This document shows positions 19,451 through 31,700 of a stretch of DNA of 64,000 nt, piece after piece. A program made the position numbers and the translations under genes. This DNA is from Elusimicrobia bacterium GWA2_56_46. GTDB taxonomy: Bacteria > Elusimicrobiota > Elusimicrobia > Elusimicrobiales > UBA9959. The notes under the pieces were generated by a model. That model saw only the letters and a list, made by a program, of their open reading frames with translations, was not told the DNA's origin and ran no database searches. Within the stretch, counting starts at the first letter, position 1; each line of letters opens with the position of its first letter. The stretch spans positions 11,997-75,996 of the forward strand of contig MGTT01000027.1 in NCBI GenBank assembly GCA_001799575.1, in the 5' to 3' direction.

Positions 19451-20587
19451 ATGCTGAAACTGATTCTTTGCATCCTGCTGACTCTCCTCCCCCCCTCTTT
19501 CGCCGCCGACTCCGGCGAAGGCAATTCCGCCGTCATACGCATCGCCATCGCCCGCAACGTCCCCAGTTTCAGGATCAACACTTCGGGCAAGGTTTATGTT
19601 CTTGAGGTCAAAACCGGACAGAAATATATGCTGCTGGAAAGATCGGCCTATGAAGTCAAATATATAAGCCCCTCCAGGCTGGCGGTGGCCGGCGCCACCC
19701 TCCAATCCCCGGTCAAGCTGCTGGCCGCGGACGGCGGAGACAGGGTAAAACTCAACAACCGTTTTTATAAGGGCGATATCTATATGAAGACCACCGCCGC
19801 GGAAAAACTGGAGGTCATAGAACACCTTCCGGTGGAGGATTACCTCTGCGGCGTGCTGCCGGTGGAAATGAGCCCCGACTGGCCGCTGGAAGCCCTGAAA
19901 GCCCAGGCCGTCGCCTCGCGCACTTACGCGCTGAAGAAAGCAAACCCGAAAAAAGATTACGATATAACCGACGGGGTGGACACGCAGGTATATAACGGCG
20001 CCTCCGGGATGAACTCGCGGATCATAGAAGCCGTCAATTCCACGCGCGGCGAGGTTCTTAAATACAAGGGCCGTCTTCTCACCGCTTTTTTTCACGCCTG
20101 CTGCGGCGGACACACCGCCAGCGCCAGTTCCGCCTGGGGCGAAGAAGTCCTCAAGCCTCTCTACGGCGTCACCGACCCGTTCTGTTCCACCTCCACCCAC
20201 TACAAATGGGATTTCTACGCCACGACCCGGGATCTCCTTTCCTTCATCCAGAACAACGGCTCGGCCGCTTTCAGGATAAAGAGCGTCCGCGTGTATAAAC
20301 GCGACCGCTCCGGGCGCGCCGTCAGCCTGCGGTTTGTCACCGACAGAGGCTCTTTTACCGTCAAGGCTTCCGCCCTGCGCAAGGTTTTCAGCACTTATGA
20401 TATTAAAAGCACCATGATCACGCGCATAGCGCCCCTCAACGGCGGCTACGAATTCACCGGCCGGGGCTGGGGCCACGGCGTCGGCATGTGCCAGGAGGGG
20501 GCCAAGCATATGGCGCTGGCCGGCAGGAACTATAAAAAAATACTCCGCCATTACTATCCCGGGGCCGAGATAAAGGATGTAAATTAA
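19451..20587 (+). CDS. SpoIID/LytB domain protein
   Basis: EDYL.GVLP.EM, EALKAQAVASRTYA, GWGHGVGMCQ.GA, IL.HYYPG. Confidence 0.92.
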   Translation: MLKLILCILLTLLPPSFAADSGEGNSAVIRIAIARNVPSFRINTSGKVYVLEVKTGQKYMLLERSAYEVKYISPSRLAVAGATLQSPVKLLAADGGDRVKLNNRFYKGDIYMKTTAAEKLEVIEHLPVEDYLCGVLPVEMSPDWPLEALKAQAVASRTYALKKANPKKDYDITDGVDTQVYNGASGMNSRIIEAVNSTRGEVLKYKGRLLTAFFHACCGGHTASASSAWGEEVLKPLYGVTDPFCSTSTHYKWDFYATTRDLLSFIQNNGSAAFRIKSVRVYKRDRSGRAVSLRFVTDRGSFTVKASALRKVFSTYDIKSTMITRIAPLNGGYEFTGRGWGHGVGMCQEGAKHMALAGRNYKKILRHYYPGAEIKDVN

Positions 20588-20623
20588 AAACTGGGTATGT
20601 CAGGGTATGTGGAATTTTTAATT

Positions 20624-21691
20624 ATGACCGGATCAGCTTTATCCGAATTTAAGAATCTTGAGATCGAGCCGCTTATCGCGTCCAGGCCGGCGGAACCGAG
20701 AGATTCCTCGCGCCTCATGACTTTAAGCCGCTCCGGCGGCGCCGTGGCGCATAAAGTTTTCAGGGATCTGCCGGATCTGCTGGTTCCGGGAGACGTCCTG
20801 GTGCTCAACCGCAGCAAGGTCTGGAAAGCGAAATTGCCGGCCCTCAAACCCACCGGCGGGCGTTCGGAACTCCTGTTGATAAAGCCGGAAAGCCCGGATC
20901 TCAGAACCTGGACAGCGCTGGCCCGCAAGATCCGGCCGGGCCGCAAAGTCGTTTGCCGGGGCGGAGCCGAAGCGGTCTGCGCTGGGCAAAATCCGGACGG
21001 CAGTTTCCTTTTTGAACTTTCCGCCCCCCTTGATCCCGCCTATCTGGAAAAGAACGCGGAAGTCCCCCTGCCGGAATATATTCTCAAAGCCAGGAAGAAA
21101 GCGGGACAAGGTTCCGCAAAGCTTCCAGGCGAAGCAGACCACGACGATTCACGTTATCAGACCGTCTTCGCCGGCCTCCCGGGCTCCATCGCGGCTCCCA
21201 CCGCGGGCTTTCATTTCACTCCGGAGCTTCTTGAGAGGATCAGGGCCAAGGGCGTGGAAGTGCGCTATCTCGTCCTCCATATCGGCTGGGGAACTTTTAA
21301 ACCTGTGCGCGGCAAAGACCCCTCCGCGCACGTAATGCTGGAAGAAGAATGTTCTCTTTCCGCCGAAACGGCGGACGCGCTTAACGCCGCCAGAGGACGA
21401 GGTTCCCGGATCATAGCGGTGGGAACGTCATCCATGCGCACCCTGGAAACTTTCTCGGACGAAGCCGGGCGGTTTTCCCCCGGCGAGGGCAGGGCCGGAC
21501 TTTTCATTTACCCCGGCTACAGATTCAAGGCCGCCGGCGCTTTTTTAACCAACCTCCACGTGCCTTCGTCCGCGCCGCTCTACATGACCGCCGCTTTCGC
21601 CGGTCGGGAGCTTCTTTTCAAGGCGTATAACGAAGCCGTGGATAAGAAATACCGTTTCTATTCTTACGGCGACGCGATGCTAATAACATAG
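20624..21691 (+). CDS. queA: SAM:tRNA ribosyltransferase-isomerase
   Basis: PRDSSRL, YQTVFA..PGSIAAPTAGFHFT, AVGTSSMRTLE, YRFYSYGDAMLI; start may be 20597. Confidence 0.95.
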   Translation: MTGSALSEFKNLEIEPLIASRPAEPRDSSRLMTLSRSGGAVAHKVFRDLPDLLVPGDVLVLNRSKVWKAKLPALKPTGGRSELLLIKPESPDLRTWTALARKIRPGRKVVCRGGAEAVCAGQNPDGSFLFELSAPLDPAYLEKNAEVPLPEYILKARKKAGQGSAKLPGEADHDDSRYQTVFAGLPGSIAAPTAGFHFTPELLERIRAKGVEVRYLVLHIGWGTFKPVRGKDPSAHVMLEEECSLSAETADALNAARGRGSRIIAVGTSSMRTLETFSDEAGRFSPGEGRAGLFIYPGYRFKAAGAFLTNLHVPSSAPLYMTAAFAGRELLFKAYNEAVDKKYRFYSYGDAMLIT

Positions 21692-21701
21692 GCCAGGGTA
21701 A

Positions 21702-22862
<1,161 letters not shown>

Positions 22863-22902
22863 AATATCATAACATCAGCGTCATTTATTAAGGAGACCTC
22901 TA

Positions 22903-23169
22903 ATGAACCCTAACGCAGCTTTCATGCAATTCGTGCCGTTGATCGCCATCATGGCGATATTTTATTTTCTGCTCATCCGCCCCCAGCAGAAGCAGGCGAA
23001 AGAACGCAAACTCATGCTTGAAGCCATAAAGGCGGGAGACAAAATCCTCACCAACGGCGGGATCGTCGGCCTTGTCACTGGCATGAACGGCGACGATCTG
23101 GAAGTGGAAATAGCCAAAAACGTGAAAGTCACCGTGGTAAGGTCGGCTGTCGCCGGCCTCATTAAATAA
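22903..23169 (+). CDS. yajC: Preprotein translocase subunit
   Basis: FYFLLIRPQQK, GDKILTNGGIVG. Confidence 0.95.
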   Translation: MNPNAAFMQFVPLIAIMAIFYFLLIRPQQKQAKERKLMLEAIKAGDKILTNGGIVGLVTGMNGDDLEVEIAKNVKVTVVRSAVAGLIK

Positions 23170-23182
23170 CAGGAGCCGCAAA

Positions 23183-24616
23183 ATGAACAAATTACACTGG
23201 AAGCTGGGCCTTGTACTGGGCCTGGTCATACTTTCCGTATGGCTTTTATATCCCACCGTGGAATGGTACACCAAGACCGCAGACGAAAGGGGTAAACTTG
23301 AAGCCGTGCAGATGCGTCCCAAACGCATGCTCAACCTCGGCCTGGATCTCCGGGGCGGCACGCATATGCTCCTGGAACTGGACGTGGAAAAGCTGGACAA
23401 AAAAGAAAATCTCAACGATGCCCTGGCGCGCGCCATAGAGATCCTGAGAAACCGGATAGACCAGTACGGCGTAGGCGAAACGCCCATCTCCCGCCAGGGA
23501 GAGCGCTGGATCTCGGTGGATCTGCCCGGCATCTCCAATACCGAAGAGGCCGAAAACCTTATAGGCAAAACGGCCCTGCTGGAATTCCGGCTGGTGGACA
23601 CGAGCGCCGAAGCCGAAAAAGCGCTGACCAAAGTCGCGGATCTGGCGGAATCCCCTTTCGGAAAAGACGGCGCGCTCCTCCCGGAGATAGCGAAACTCAT
23701 GCCCAGGAACACCGGACTTTTCAGGGCCGCCCCCGAAGAAGAAGGCGCCAGGACCAAATACTATGTCCTGTCGTCCTCCGTGGGCATCACCGGCGCATAC
23801 CTGGAGAACGCCCGGGTGTCCACCGACGAGCAGTTCGGCTACCCCAATATTTCTTTCACTTTCAACAAAGAGGGCGGCAAGATCTTTGAGCGCTACACCG
23901 GAGATAATGTCGGCAAATATCTGGCCATCGTCCTGGACGGCGTGGTTCATTCGGCCCCGGTCATAAAGTCCCGCATAGGCGGCGGCAGCGGAGAAATAAC
24001 GGGTTCTTTCACCATGGAAGTGGCCAGGAACCTGGCCATAATCCTGCGAGCCGGCGCGCTCCCGGCGCCGGTCAGGATCATCGAGAAAAGAGTCGTGGGC
24101 CCGGATCTCGGGGAAGACTCCATAAAGAAAGGCGTCACAGCCTCCCTGATTGGTTTTCTCTGCGTTGTTGTCTTTATGGTTACATATTACAGGGCCGGCG
24201 GCCTGGTAGCGAACATAGCCCTGGGCCTCAACTTCGTTCTTCTCATGGCGGCCATGAGCTACTTCTCCGCCACACTGACCCTGCCGGGCATCGCCGGCAT
24301 GATTCTGTCCCTGGCCATGGCCATAGACGCCAACGTTCTTATTCTGGAGAGAATGCGCGAGGAACTGGCCCTCTCAAAACCTATTCCCATGCTCATCCCG
24401 ACGGCCTATGAAAAAGCCTGGACCGCGATTCTGGACTCCAACGTCACCACCTGGATAGCTGCCGTATTCCTGTTCCAGTTCGGTTCCGGCCCCGTCAAAG
24501 GCTTCGCCGTCACGCTTACCATCGGCCTGCTGGCCGGTATGTTCACCTCCGTATTCGTCACAAGAGCCATCTACGAATTCTGGCTCACTTCCAATCCCAA
24601 GGAGCTCAGTATATGA
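23183..24616 (+). CDS. secD: Protein translocase subunit
   Basis: NLGLDLRGG, LAIVLDG, LRAGALP, TLTLPGIAG, DANVLI.ER, DSNVTT. Confidence 0.97.
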   Translation: MNKLHWKLGLVLGLVILSVWLLYPTVEWYTKTADERGKLEAVQMRPKRMLNLGLDLRGGTHMLLELDVEKLDKKENLNDALARAIEILRNRIDQYGVGETPISRQGERWISVDLPGISNTEEAENLIGKTALLEFRLVDTSAEAEKALTKVADLAESPFGKDGALLPEIAKLMPRNTGLFRAAPEEEGARTKYYVLSSSVGITGAYLENARVSTDEQFGYPNISFTFNKEGGKIFERYTGDNVGKYLAIVLDGVVHSAPVIKSRIGGGSGEITGSFTMEVARNLAIILRAGALPAPVRIIEKRVVGPDLGEDSIKKGVTASLIGFLCVVVFMVTYYRAGGLVANIALGLNFVLLMAAMSYFSATLTLPGIAGMILSLAMAIDANVLILERMREELALSKPIPMLIPTAYEKAWTAILDSNVTTWIAAVFLFQFGSGPVKGFAVTLTIGLLAGMFTSVFVTRAIYEFWLTSNPKELSI

Positions 24617-25503
24617 TGAACCTCGTCAGGAAAACCAATATCGACTTTATAGCGAAGCGCTACGTCTTTTTCGCCGTCTCCGGCCTCGCTATAGCGGCGG
24701 GCATCGTCTCCGTGGGCTTCAAGGGCGCCAACCTTGGACTGGACTTTACGGGAGGAACCCTCCTCCAGGTTAAGTTTGAAACCCCCGTAACCATAGCGGA
24801 AGTGAGGAAAACCGTAAAGGACGCCGGCATAGAGGCCGGCATACAGACCTTTACCGGCCGGAACGCTTTCGGCATAAAGGTGAAAGGCAGGCAGGAGAAC
24901 GTAAATGAGATAGCGGACAAGGTACTGCGCGGCCTCAAGGCCGGTATGCCGGGCAACGCGTTTATCGAGGAACGCAGGGACTACGTCGGCCCGGTGGTCG
25001 GCAGGGACCTCAGCAAAAAGGCCCTGTTCGCCATAATACTCTCTCTGTTCGGCATCATCATCTATGTGGCTTTCAGGTTTTCCAATCCCGTGTGGGGAGC
25101 GGCCGGCGTGCTGGCCCTCCTGCACGACGTATTTGTGACTTTCGGCGCCATGTCCATAACCAACAGGGAAGTGGATCTCGTGGTTGTCGCGGCCCTGCTG
25201 ACGATAGCGGGTTATTCGATCAACGATACTATCGTCATCTTCGACCGGATGCGCGAGAATATAAAGAAATTCCCGAAAATGCGCCTGGGAGAACTGGTGA
25301 ACGTCAGCCTCAACGAAACGCTGTCCCGGACCCTTATCACCAACGCCACGGTGCTGGGCGTGGTAGCGATACTTTTCTTTTTCGGAGGGGATGTCATCAA
25401 TAATTTCGCTTTCGCCATGCTGGTGGGGAGCATCTGCGGCACTTATTCCACCATCGCCATAGCCACCCCGCTGGTCTACCAGTGGGAATATAAAAACAAG
25501 TAA
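24613..25503 (+). CDS. secF: Protein translocase subunit
   Basis: GLDFTGG, HDV, GYSINDTIVIFDRMREN, TLSRT. Confidence 0.97.
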   Translation: MMNLVRKTNIDFIAKRYVFFAVSGLAIAAGIVSVGFKGANLGLDFTGGTLLQVKFETPVTIAEVRKTVKDAGIEAGIQTFTGRNAFGIKVKGRQENVNEIADKVLRGLKAGMPGNAFIEERRDYVGPVVGRDLSKKALFAIILSLFGIIIYVAFRFSNPVWGAAGVLALLHDVFVTFGAMSITNREVDLVVVAALLTIAGYSINDTIVIFDRMRENIKKFPKMRLGELVNVSLNETLSRTLITNATVLGVVAILFFFGGDVINNFAFAMLVGSICGTYSTIAIATPLVYQWEYKNK

Positions 25504-26111
25504 TGCGCAAGATAAAAAAATTCAAGATCCCCATCTACACCTATGAGATCCTGCGCAAGGCCAAAAAACGCAGGATAGACCTGTTCGCCCTGGGCCTGGC
25601 CGACCAGGAAAGCGCCAGGGAATATATCTCGTCCCTCGCGGCGGCCCTTGAACCCTCCACGGTATTCGATCTCATCGCCCCGGAAGACGCTCTGGCGAAG
25701 GAAAGCGGCCTCCAGGGCATGACCGGCACGCTCGGCGTTATGACGCTCGGGACGGCTTTTGAGACGAAACTTAAAGCCATAACGGATCCGGAACTTTTCC
25801 GGCTCGCCGAGACCGCCGCGCTGGTTTTCTCGGAAACCGGGCTTAAAGTCATAACCGAACTTATTGCCCAGGAAGTTACGGCCGAAGGACTGGATCTTGG
25901 AAAACCCAACTATCTTTTCGCCTGCCCGGAACCGGAAACCGAGGAACCGCCCTCCGTCCGGTCGGACGCCGCCGTCCTGGCCGCCTGCCTGGGACGCCTC
26001 AACGCGGATAAAATAGGCATCAGCCTGAACGAAAGCGTTCTCAGCCCGGCGTATTCCTTTATCTTCAGCCTCCCCTGGCTGGCAAAGAAAAAATTGTCCG
26101 CAAAAAAATGA
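25503..26111 (+). CDS. Hypothetical protein, weakly MetH activation-domain-like
   Basis: Coupled to secF; TLG..FE and IGISLNES..SP..S recall stand-alone activation-domain proteins (uncertain). Confidence 0.55.
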   Translation: MRKIKKFKIPIYTYEILRKAKKRRIDLFALGLADQESAREYISSLAAALEPSTVFDLIAPEDALAKESGLQGMTGTLGVMTLGTAFETKLKAITDPELFRLAETAALVFSETGLKVITELIAQEVTAEGLDLGKPNYLFACPEPETEEPPSVRSDAAVLAACLGRLNADKIGISLNESVLSPAYSFIFSLPWLAKKKLSAKK

Positions 26112-26737
26112 ATGAGTCAACACGCTCAAGCCCCGTCTACGCGCTCCTCTCCTCGTTAGCCTGGCTGTATCTGCTGTTCGCCGGTTCCACCACCCGGATA
26201 AAAACGCGCAACAGTCCGGCGCGGACCGATTTCATCTACGCGCTATGGCATTCCCAGCTGGCGTTCATGATCTACGCGAAACGCAATACCTGGATCTCCG
26301 TCCTGGTAAGTAAAAGCGGGGACGGGGAATATGTGGCCAGGATCCTGCGCAAATTCGGACTGAATACCATACGCGGCTCCACCAGCCGGGGAGCTTCCCA
26401 GTCCCTCATGGAGCTTATGGAACGGGCCGGCAAGGGCTTCCCGGTGGCTCTGACCCCGGACGGGCCGAAAGGCCCCAAAGGCAAGGTTCAGCAGGGGATC
26501 GTTTACCTGGCCCAGAAAACCGGCATGGAAATACTGCCCGGCGGGGTCTGGCTCTCCAACAAAATAACCTTTAATTCCTGGGACAACTTCGAACTTCCGC
26601 TGCCTTTCGGCAGAGCGGCGCTTGTTTACGGCAAGCCTATCAAAGTGACCGCGACGGACTCCCTGCCGGCCAAGGCCGCGGAACTGGAGGCGGCCCTGAA
26701 CGCCCTCGAACCCGAAGCGCTGGAACTGCTCAAATAA
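26108..26737 (+). CDS. DUF374 acyltransferase (LpxJ-like)
   Basis: WH, VSKSGDGE, IRGSTSRG, TPDGPKGP, SWD.F.LPLPF; next to waaA. Confidence 0.85.
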   Translation: MNESTRSSPVYALLSSLAWLYLLFAGSTTRIKTRNSPARTDFIYALWHSQLAFMIYAKRNTWISVLVSKSGDGEYVARILRKFGLNTIRGSTSRGASQSLMELMERAGKGFPVALTPDGPKGPKGKVQQGIVYLAQKTGMEILPGGVWLSNKITFNSWDNFELPLPFGRAALVYGKPIKVTATDSLPAKAAELEAALNALEPEALELLK

Positions 26738-28011
26738 TGGGCCTTTTACTCCTTATCCTTTACAATCTTCTGGCGCCGCTCATAGCGGCGCTCTATTTCG
26801 TTTTTTTCTTATTTTCCCCCAGGCGCGGGCTGCTTAAAAATTTTCTGGCGGAGCTTAAAGAGCGCCTGGCCGTGAATCTTCCCGTTTTCGCGGAACGGCC
26901 GTTATGGTTTCACGCGGCCTCGGTAGGAGAAGTAAGGGCGCTGAAAGCGCTCCTCCCCCTGGTGCGGGAACGCTGCCCTTCGAAACCGGTGCTGATAACC
27001 ACGTCAACCTCCTCCGGCAAGGCGGAGGCCCTGAAACTGACGCCCGCCGCCGTTCTTCTCCCTCTGGATTTTTATCCGCTGATGCGCCGCTTCATCTCCG
27101 GGATCAGACCCGAACTGATCCTGATCGCGGAAACCGAACTTTGGCCGAACCTGCTTTATGCGGCCGGCAAGGAGAAAGTGAAAGTGCTGCTGATAAACGC
27201 GCGCATTTCAGCCGGAACCCTGGGATTCTACAGGCTGTTCCCGCCCCTCGCCCGCCTGATGTTCAGCGGCATAGTAAAAATCTCAGCCCAGAGCCGGGGA
27301 GATTTTGAAAGGTACGGCCTCCTGCCGGGCGTAAAGGATAAACTGATCCTGACCGGAAATATAAAATACGACCTGGCTTCGCCGGCGCCGGAGGGACGGG
27401 CCGAAATAGAAGCGTTCTTTGAGAGCTCGGGCTGGAAAGGTAAAAAAATCTTCTGCGCGGGCAGCACCCATCCGGAAGAGGAAGATTTGCTCCTGGACGC
27501 TTTTCTGAAGATAAAAGCGGCCTGTCCGGACGCCCGGCTTATAATAGCCCCCCGCCACCCGGAAACGGCCGCTTCGACCGCGGCCAGGATCAGGAACAAA
27601 GGGCTGATCGCGCCTCTCTGGTCCAGGCGCGGACACGCCCGCCCCGACCCCGACGGAGTTCTGGTGGATGAGACAGGCCGGCTGGCGGATATTTATTCTT
27701 TCGCGGACGTGGTCTTCGTCGGAGGAACGCTGGACGATACCGGCGGGCACAACGTGCTTGAACCCTCGGCGTTCTCCAGGCCGGTGCTCTTCGGCCCGAA
27801 CGTGAAGAACACGCGGGAAGGCGCCGAAGCGCTTATAAGCAAAAACGGCGGCTTCATGATACGAACCTCCGAAGAACTGGCCGACAAAGCAATTTCGCTT
27901 CTTAAAGATCCCTCAGCCCTCAGCGAAGCCGGCGCCGCCTCCAAAGCGGCCCTGGCGTCCCTCCAGGGCGCCACAAATAAAACCCTGTCCATTATCGAAA
28001 TTTATCTTTAA
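26737..28011 (+). CDS. waaA: Kdo transferase
   Basis: WFHAASVGE, ETELWPN, INARIS, GNIKYD, GSTHPEEE, APRHPE, GGHNVLEP. Confidence 0.95.
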   Translation: MGLLLLILYNLLAPLIAALYFVFFLFSPRRGLLKNFLAELKERLAVNLPVFAERPLWFHAASVGEVRALKALLPLVRERCPSKPVLITTSTSSGKAEALKLTPAAVLLPLDFYPLMRRFISGIRPELILIAETELWPNLLYAAGKEKVKVLLINARISAGTLGFYRLFPPLARLMFSGIVKISAQSRGDFERYGLLPGVKDKLILTGNIKYDLASPAPEGRAEIEAFFESSGWKGKKIFCAGSTHPEEEDLLLDAFLKIKAACPDARLIIAPRHPETAASTAARIRNKGLIAPLWSRRGHARPDPDGVLVDETGRLADIYSFADVVFVGGTLDDTGGHNVLEPSAFSRPVLFGPNVKNTREGAEALISKNGGFMIRTSEELADKAISLLKDPSALSEAGAASKAALASLQGATNKTLSIIEIYL

Positions 28012-28014
28012 CCT

Positions 28015-28220
28015 GTTGGGTGAAAGTGGAAAAATGGCGGCGGACTGCCAGTTCGGGGGCCTGTCGGACATGGGGCCCATCGGGCCTGCGGCCGGCCCGG
28101 CGACTTCGCGCCGGTTCCTCCTCGGCCCGATCCGACCCATGTCCGCCACCCCGCCAGTTATACTCCGCCGCCATCCTTCCTATCGATAAAAACAGCTTGT
28201 CGGAGGATTTGGCCTGACTT
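28015..28220 (+). repeat. Structured repeat, type B copy 2
   Basis: Aligns with the reverse complement of 10010-10254; starts just after the waaA stop. Confidence 0.9.
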
Positions 28221-28481
28221 CCGTAACGGGACACCAGAATGTCGTGGTGTTGCGCGACCAAAGCGAATTTGCCTATGGGTTGATAGATTTAAATTCTAAT
28301 AACATAAGATAACCCCACCCAAAATTGGGCACAGCCGAATATCCAGCCCAGGGATAATAACCATAGAACAACAAAAATTCGCGATCTGTAAGGTGAACGC
28401 ATTCCCCCGGGCGGGTAAATTTTGACGTATCTTCAATAGGGGCGGATAAATGTTTTTTTAAAATATTATGCCTACGCTGGA

Positions 28482-28678
28482 GCGGGCGCCGCCGGTTTCC
28501 CCGGCCGCCCATTTAGGGGCTTAAATCCGGCAGTCGGAGCGTATCCCTCCGGGACGGTGAGGATGTTTGAGACAAAAAACTTTGCTTTTTTGTCGAGTTC
28601 CGGAACCGGCGGAGACTGCCGGATTTCTTCCCCATAAGCACCGGTCCCGGGCGGCCGGGGAAACCGGCGGCGCCCGCG
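28482..28678. repeat. Large nested inverted repeat
   Basis: Perfect outer arms GCGGGCGCCGCCGGTTTCCCCGGCCGCCC and its complement; inner AAATCCGGCAGTC/GACTGCCGGATTT and GACAAAAAA/TTTTTTGTC. Confidence 0.85.
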
Positions 28679-28791
28679 AACCTTGTTTGACCCACGGGAG
28701 ACCCCAACCTCAAGCCTGTTGCCAATAAACACATCATGGTTTTTAGGGGGTCTGCGGAAGTCAGAGGAAAGTTGCAACTGCAACTTTCGGG

Positions 28792-31700
28792 TTAGTCGCA
28801 GGCGTGATTCGCGCCGATGGCGGTGATCAGGCCGTTCGTGATGGTCAGGAGCTTGCATTGCGCCGGGGTTGTGGTGGTCACGGCCACATCGAAGCTGCCG
28901 GTGGCCCCGGAAGTGTAATTGGAATCGATCGTCCCGAATGTCGGCGCCCCGCCGGTGCCCCTCAGAACGGTATTCGCCGCTCCCAAGGCCGTGACATTGA
29001 TCCCTAAGGCATCATTGCCGTATAACACGCCGTTCTGCGTGAAAGTCCCGGCGCCGGTGCCGCCCCTGGCGACCGGCACCGTTCCCGCGGCGGCCGAATT
29101 TATCGCGGTAAGGGCGCTGTTTCCCGCCGCGGCAGTGTTGGCCAGGGAACCGGCGCTGCCGGAAACATCGCCCGTCACATTGCCGGTCAGATTTCCGCTG
29201 AAAGCGGCGGCGGTTATCGTCGCCCCGGAAAAATTGCCAGAGGCGTCCCGCCGGACTATCGTATTGCCGGTATTCGTCTCCACGGCCTGCACCCAGCCCG
29301 GCGCCGCGCCGGCGCCGTTGCCCTGGAGAACATAATTCAGCGTCCCCGCTCCCAGGGCGCTCATAACTCCGGCGGCGGAAAAATAAGGGATGGAACCTGC
29401 GGCCGCCGCGCCGAGGTCGGCCCCGGTGCCGCCGTTGACGGCGGGAAGGATCCCGGTCACGGCGGCGGCCTGATCCAGATTTACGGCGCCGAACGCGGGA
29501 GCGCCGAGAGCTCCGGCCCTCAGCACCTGGTACATCGCCCCGGCGGCGGTCACATTAAGGTCGCCGGTGCCGTTGCCGTAAAGAATACCCTGCGAGAGGA
29601 AAGAGGAGACCCCGGTGCCGCCCCTGTTCACGGGGATAAGCGACCCGTCCCAGGAAGCGTTGGCGCCCCCGCTGCCCACGACTCCGGACGCCGAGATCCT
29701 GGCCGTACCGCCAGTCCTCAACGCCCCCGAGGCGTTTATATCCCCGGTAACGTCTAGTTTATATACCGGCGGCACCTCGCTTCCCAGGCGCGTCCCCGCG
29801 GACGTCCCGGTGGAAAGATATACGTTCCCGGAAACGGTCAGAGCGCTGAGAAGCACCGGCGTGGCGGAACGCTGCACAATGCCTCCGTCCACCACCACAT
29901 TGCCGGCCACAAAAATATCCTCGGAGGCGGAGCCGCCGGAGCCCAGTGAGGGGGCGCCCAGCACAAGGTCGCCTCCTCTGACATTCAGCCTCGACAGGGG
30001 ATTGGAGGTGCCGATGCCCACGTTGCCGCCCGAGTTCGCCACAAGGGCGTCAAGCGCGCTGGCGCGCAGGATCACGGAACCGGAACCGTCGCTGTCCGCG
30101 TCCGACTGCACCACGGCGTTGGTATTATTGGAAACGGCCCCCACCGAAAGTCCGCCCGGATTGGCGCTGTTCAGGGCGGTGCCGTCGGCGAAAATAATGC
30201 CGTAACTCTTGCCCGGAGAAGAGGAGGTCGAGATCCTTATATTCCCCTCCACCGTAAGGCGGTGATTGGGGTCCAGGATGGCGGTGCCCATGCCGACATT
30301 TCCCAGAGAGGAACTGATATAGACCGCCGGAGTGGTGGCGCCGACGGGGCTGTTGCCGGTGGAGATAAGCACAACGCTGTTGAAGATGCGGTAGTAGGTG
30401 CCGTCCACGGCGGACTTGGCGTCGCCTACCACCAGGGCCAGATTGGCGCCCGCCTGGGTCTCAAAATGGGCGGCTTCCGCGCCACCGCGGTAAAAAAAGA
30501 GCCGGGAATCGGCGTTCGTGCCGGCCACGATGTAAGCCGCCGCGTCGTCGCCGGAGAATTCCGGCCTGTTGTCTCCTATCTGGAGATATTTGGCCGCCGG
30601 AAAATCAAAATCCAGCACCCCGGCGCCGAGGCGGTTGGAGACGAGAATGTCGGTCGAGATCGTTACCAGACCCGTGAAAGTATTTTTTCCGGTGAAAGCG
30701 TTGTTATCGGCGACATAAGCGGGCAGTCCTTTATCCGAGCCCACGCCGCCGGTCACGGTCAGGCTCCCGTAAATCGTCGTGGAGGAAAGAAAGACCCTGT
30801 TCCCGGCCCCGGAGTTGGCCGTAAAATCGCCGTTGACGCTGACCGCGCCCGAAAAAGCGGCCGTGGCCGCTATTATCCCTTTGTCGGCCCGCACGCTGCC
30901 TTTGACGTGGAGCTTTTCCCTGGGAGTGTTGGTGCCTATGCCGACATTGTAGCTATTGGTCTGCTGAAGGAGAAGATCATACCCGGCCTCGGAACGCACC
31001 TCGTTCAAAAGATCGGTCCAGGTCGAGTAATCGCCTATCGACACTCTTCCGCCCCTGACGCCGGTATTTGAGGCTATATCTCCCGCCGCCTGAAGATTAT
31101 CCGCCGGAGCGGCCAGTCCGACTCCTATATTGCCGTTGGAATGCACGCGCAGCCGCTCGGCGCCCCCGCTCATAAGGGCTATCACGTTATCGGTCCGCCC
31201 CAGCGAAAGATACTCGGAGTTGGCGCCTGTTATCCCGCCATCGGGTACGAAGAGGCCCCTTACAGTGACCGAGCCGCCTGTCCGGTCATAGATCCCCTGG
31301 CTGCCCACGTAAAGCGAGCCGTCTATATCCACGGTTCCCAGCGGCGCCGCCAGCGCCCCCGGGCCTATTCCGATCCCGCCGCCGCCGGAAGCGTTCTTTA
31401 TCCTGAGCCGTTCCACTCCTGTAGTTTTGACTATCATTTCCCCGGTGTTGTTCAGATCGGAATCGGCTTCCAGAACGCTGTCCACCGTGCTGGTCACGCC
31501 CCCAGTGGCCCCCACTCCGGCTGAGTACATGCAGCTGGTGTCGGAAAAACAGATCGCGTCGGAGGGCCCGGTAAAGCGTATTTTTCCGCTTATGGAAAGC
31601 CTGTCGCCGGTAACGTCCGTGCCCAGGCCGACATTTCCTGTGGAAGTGAGGGTGGCGACGGAGATGCTCGCCCCGTCTTCCAGTTTCTTGGCCGCCAGAG

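Noticed and set aside
28273-28512. 79-aa ORF in the AT-rich tract
   Set aside because: Its start lies inside the palindrome arm, with no RBS or motif; at most a remnant.
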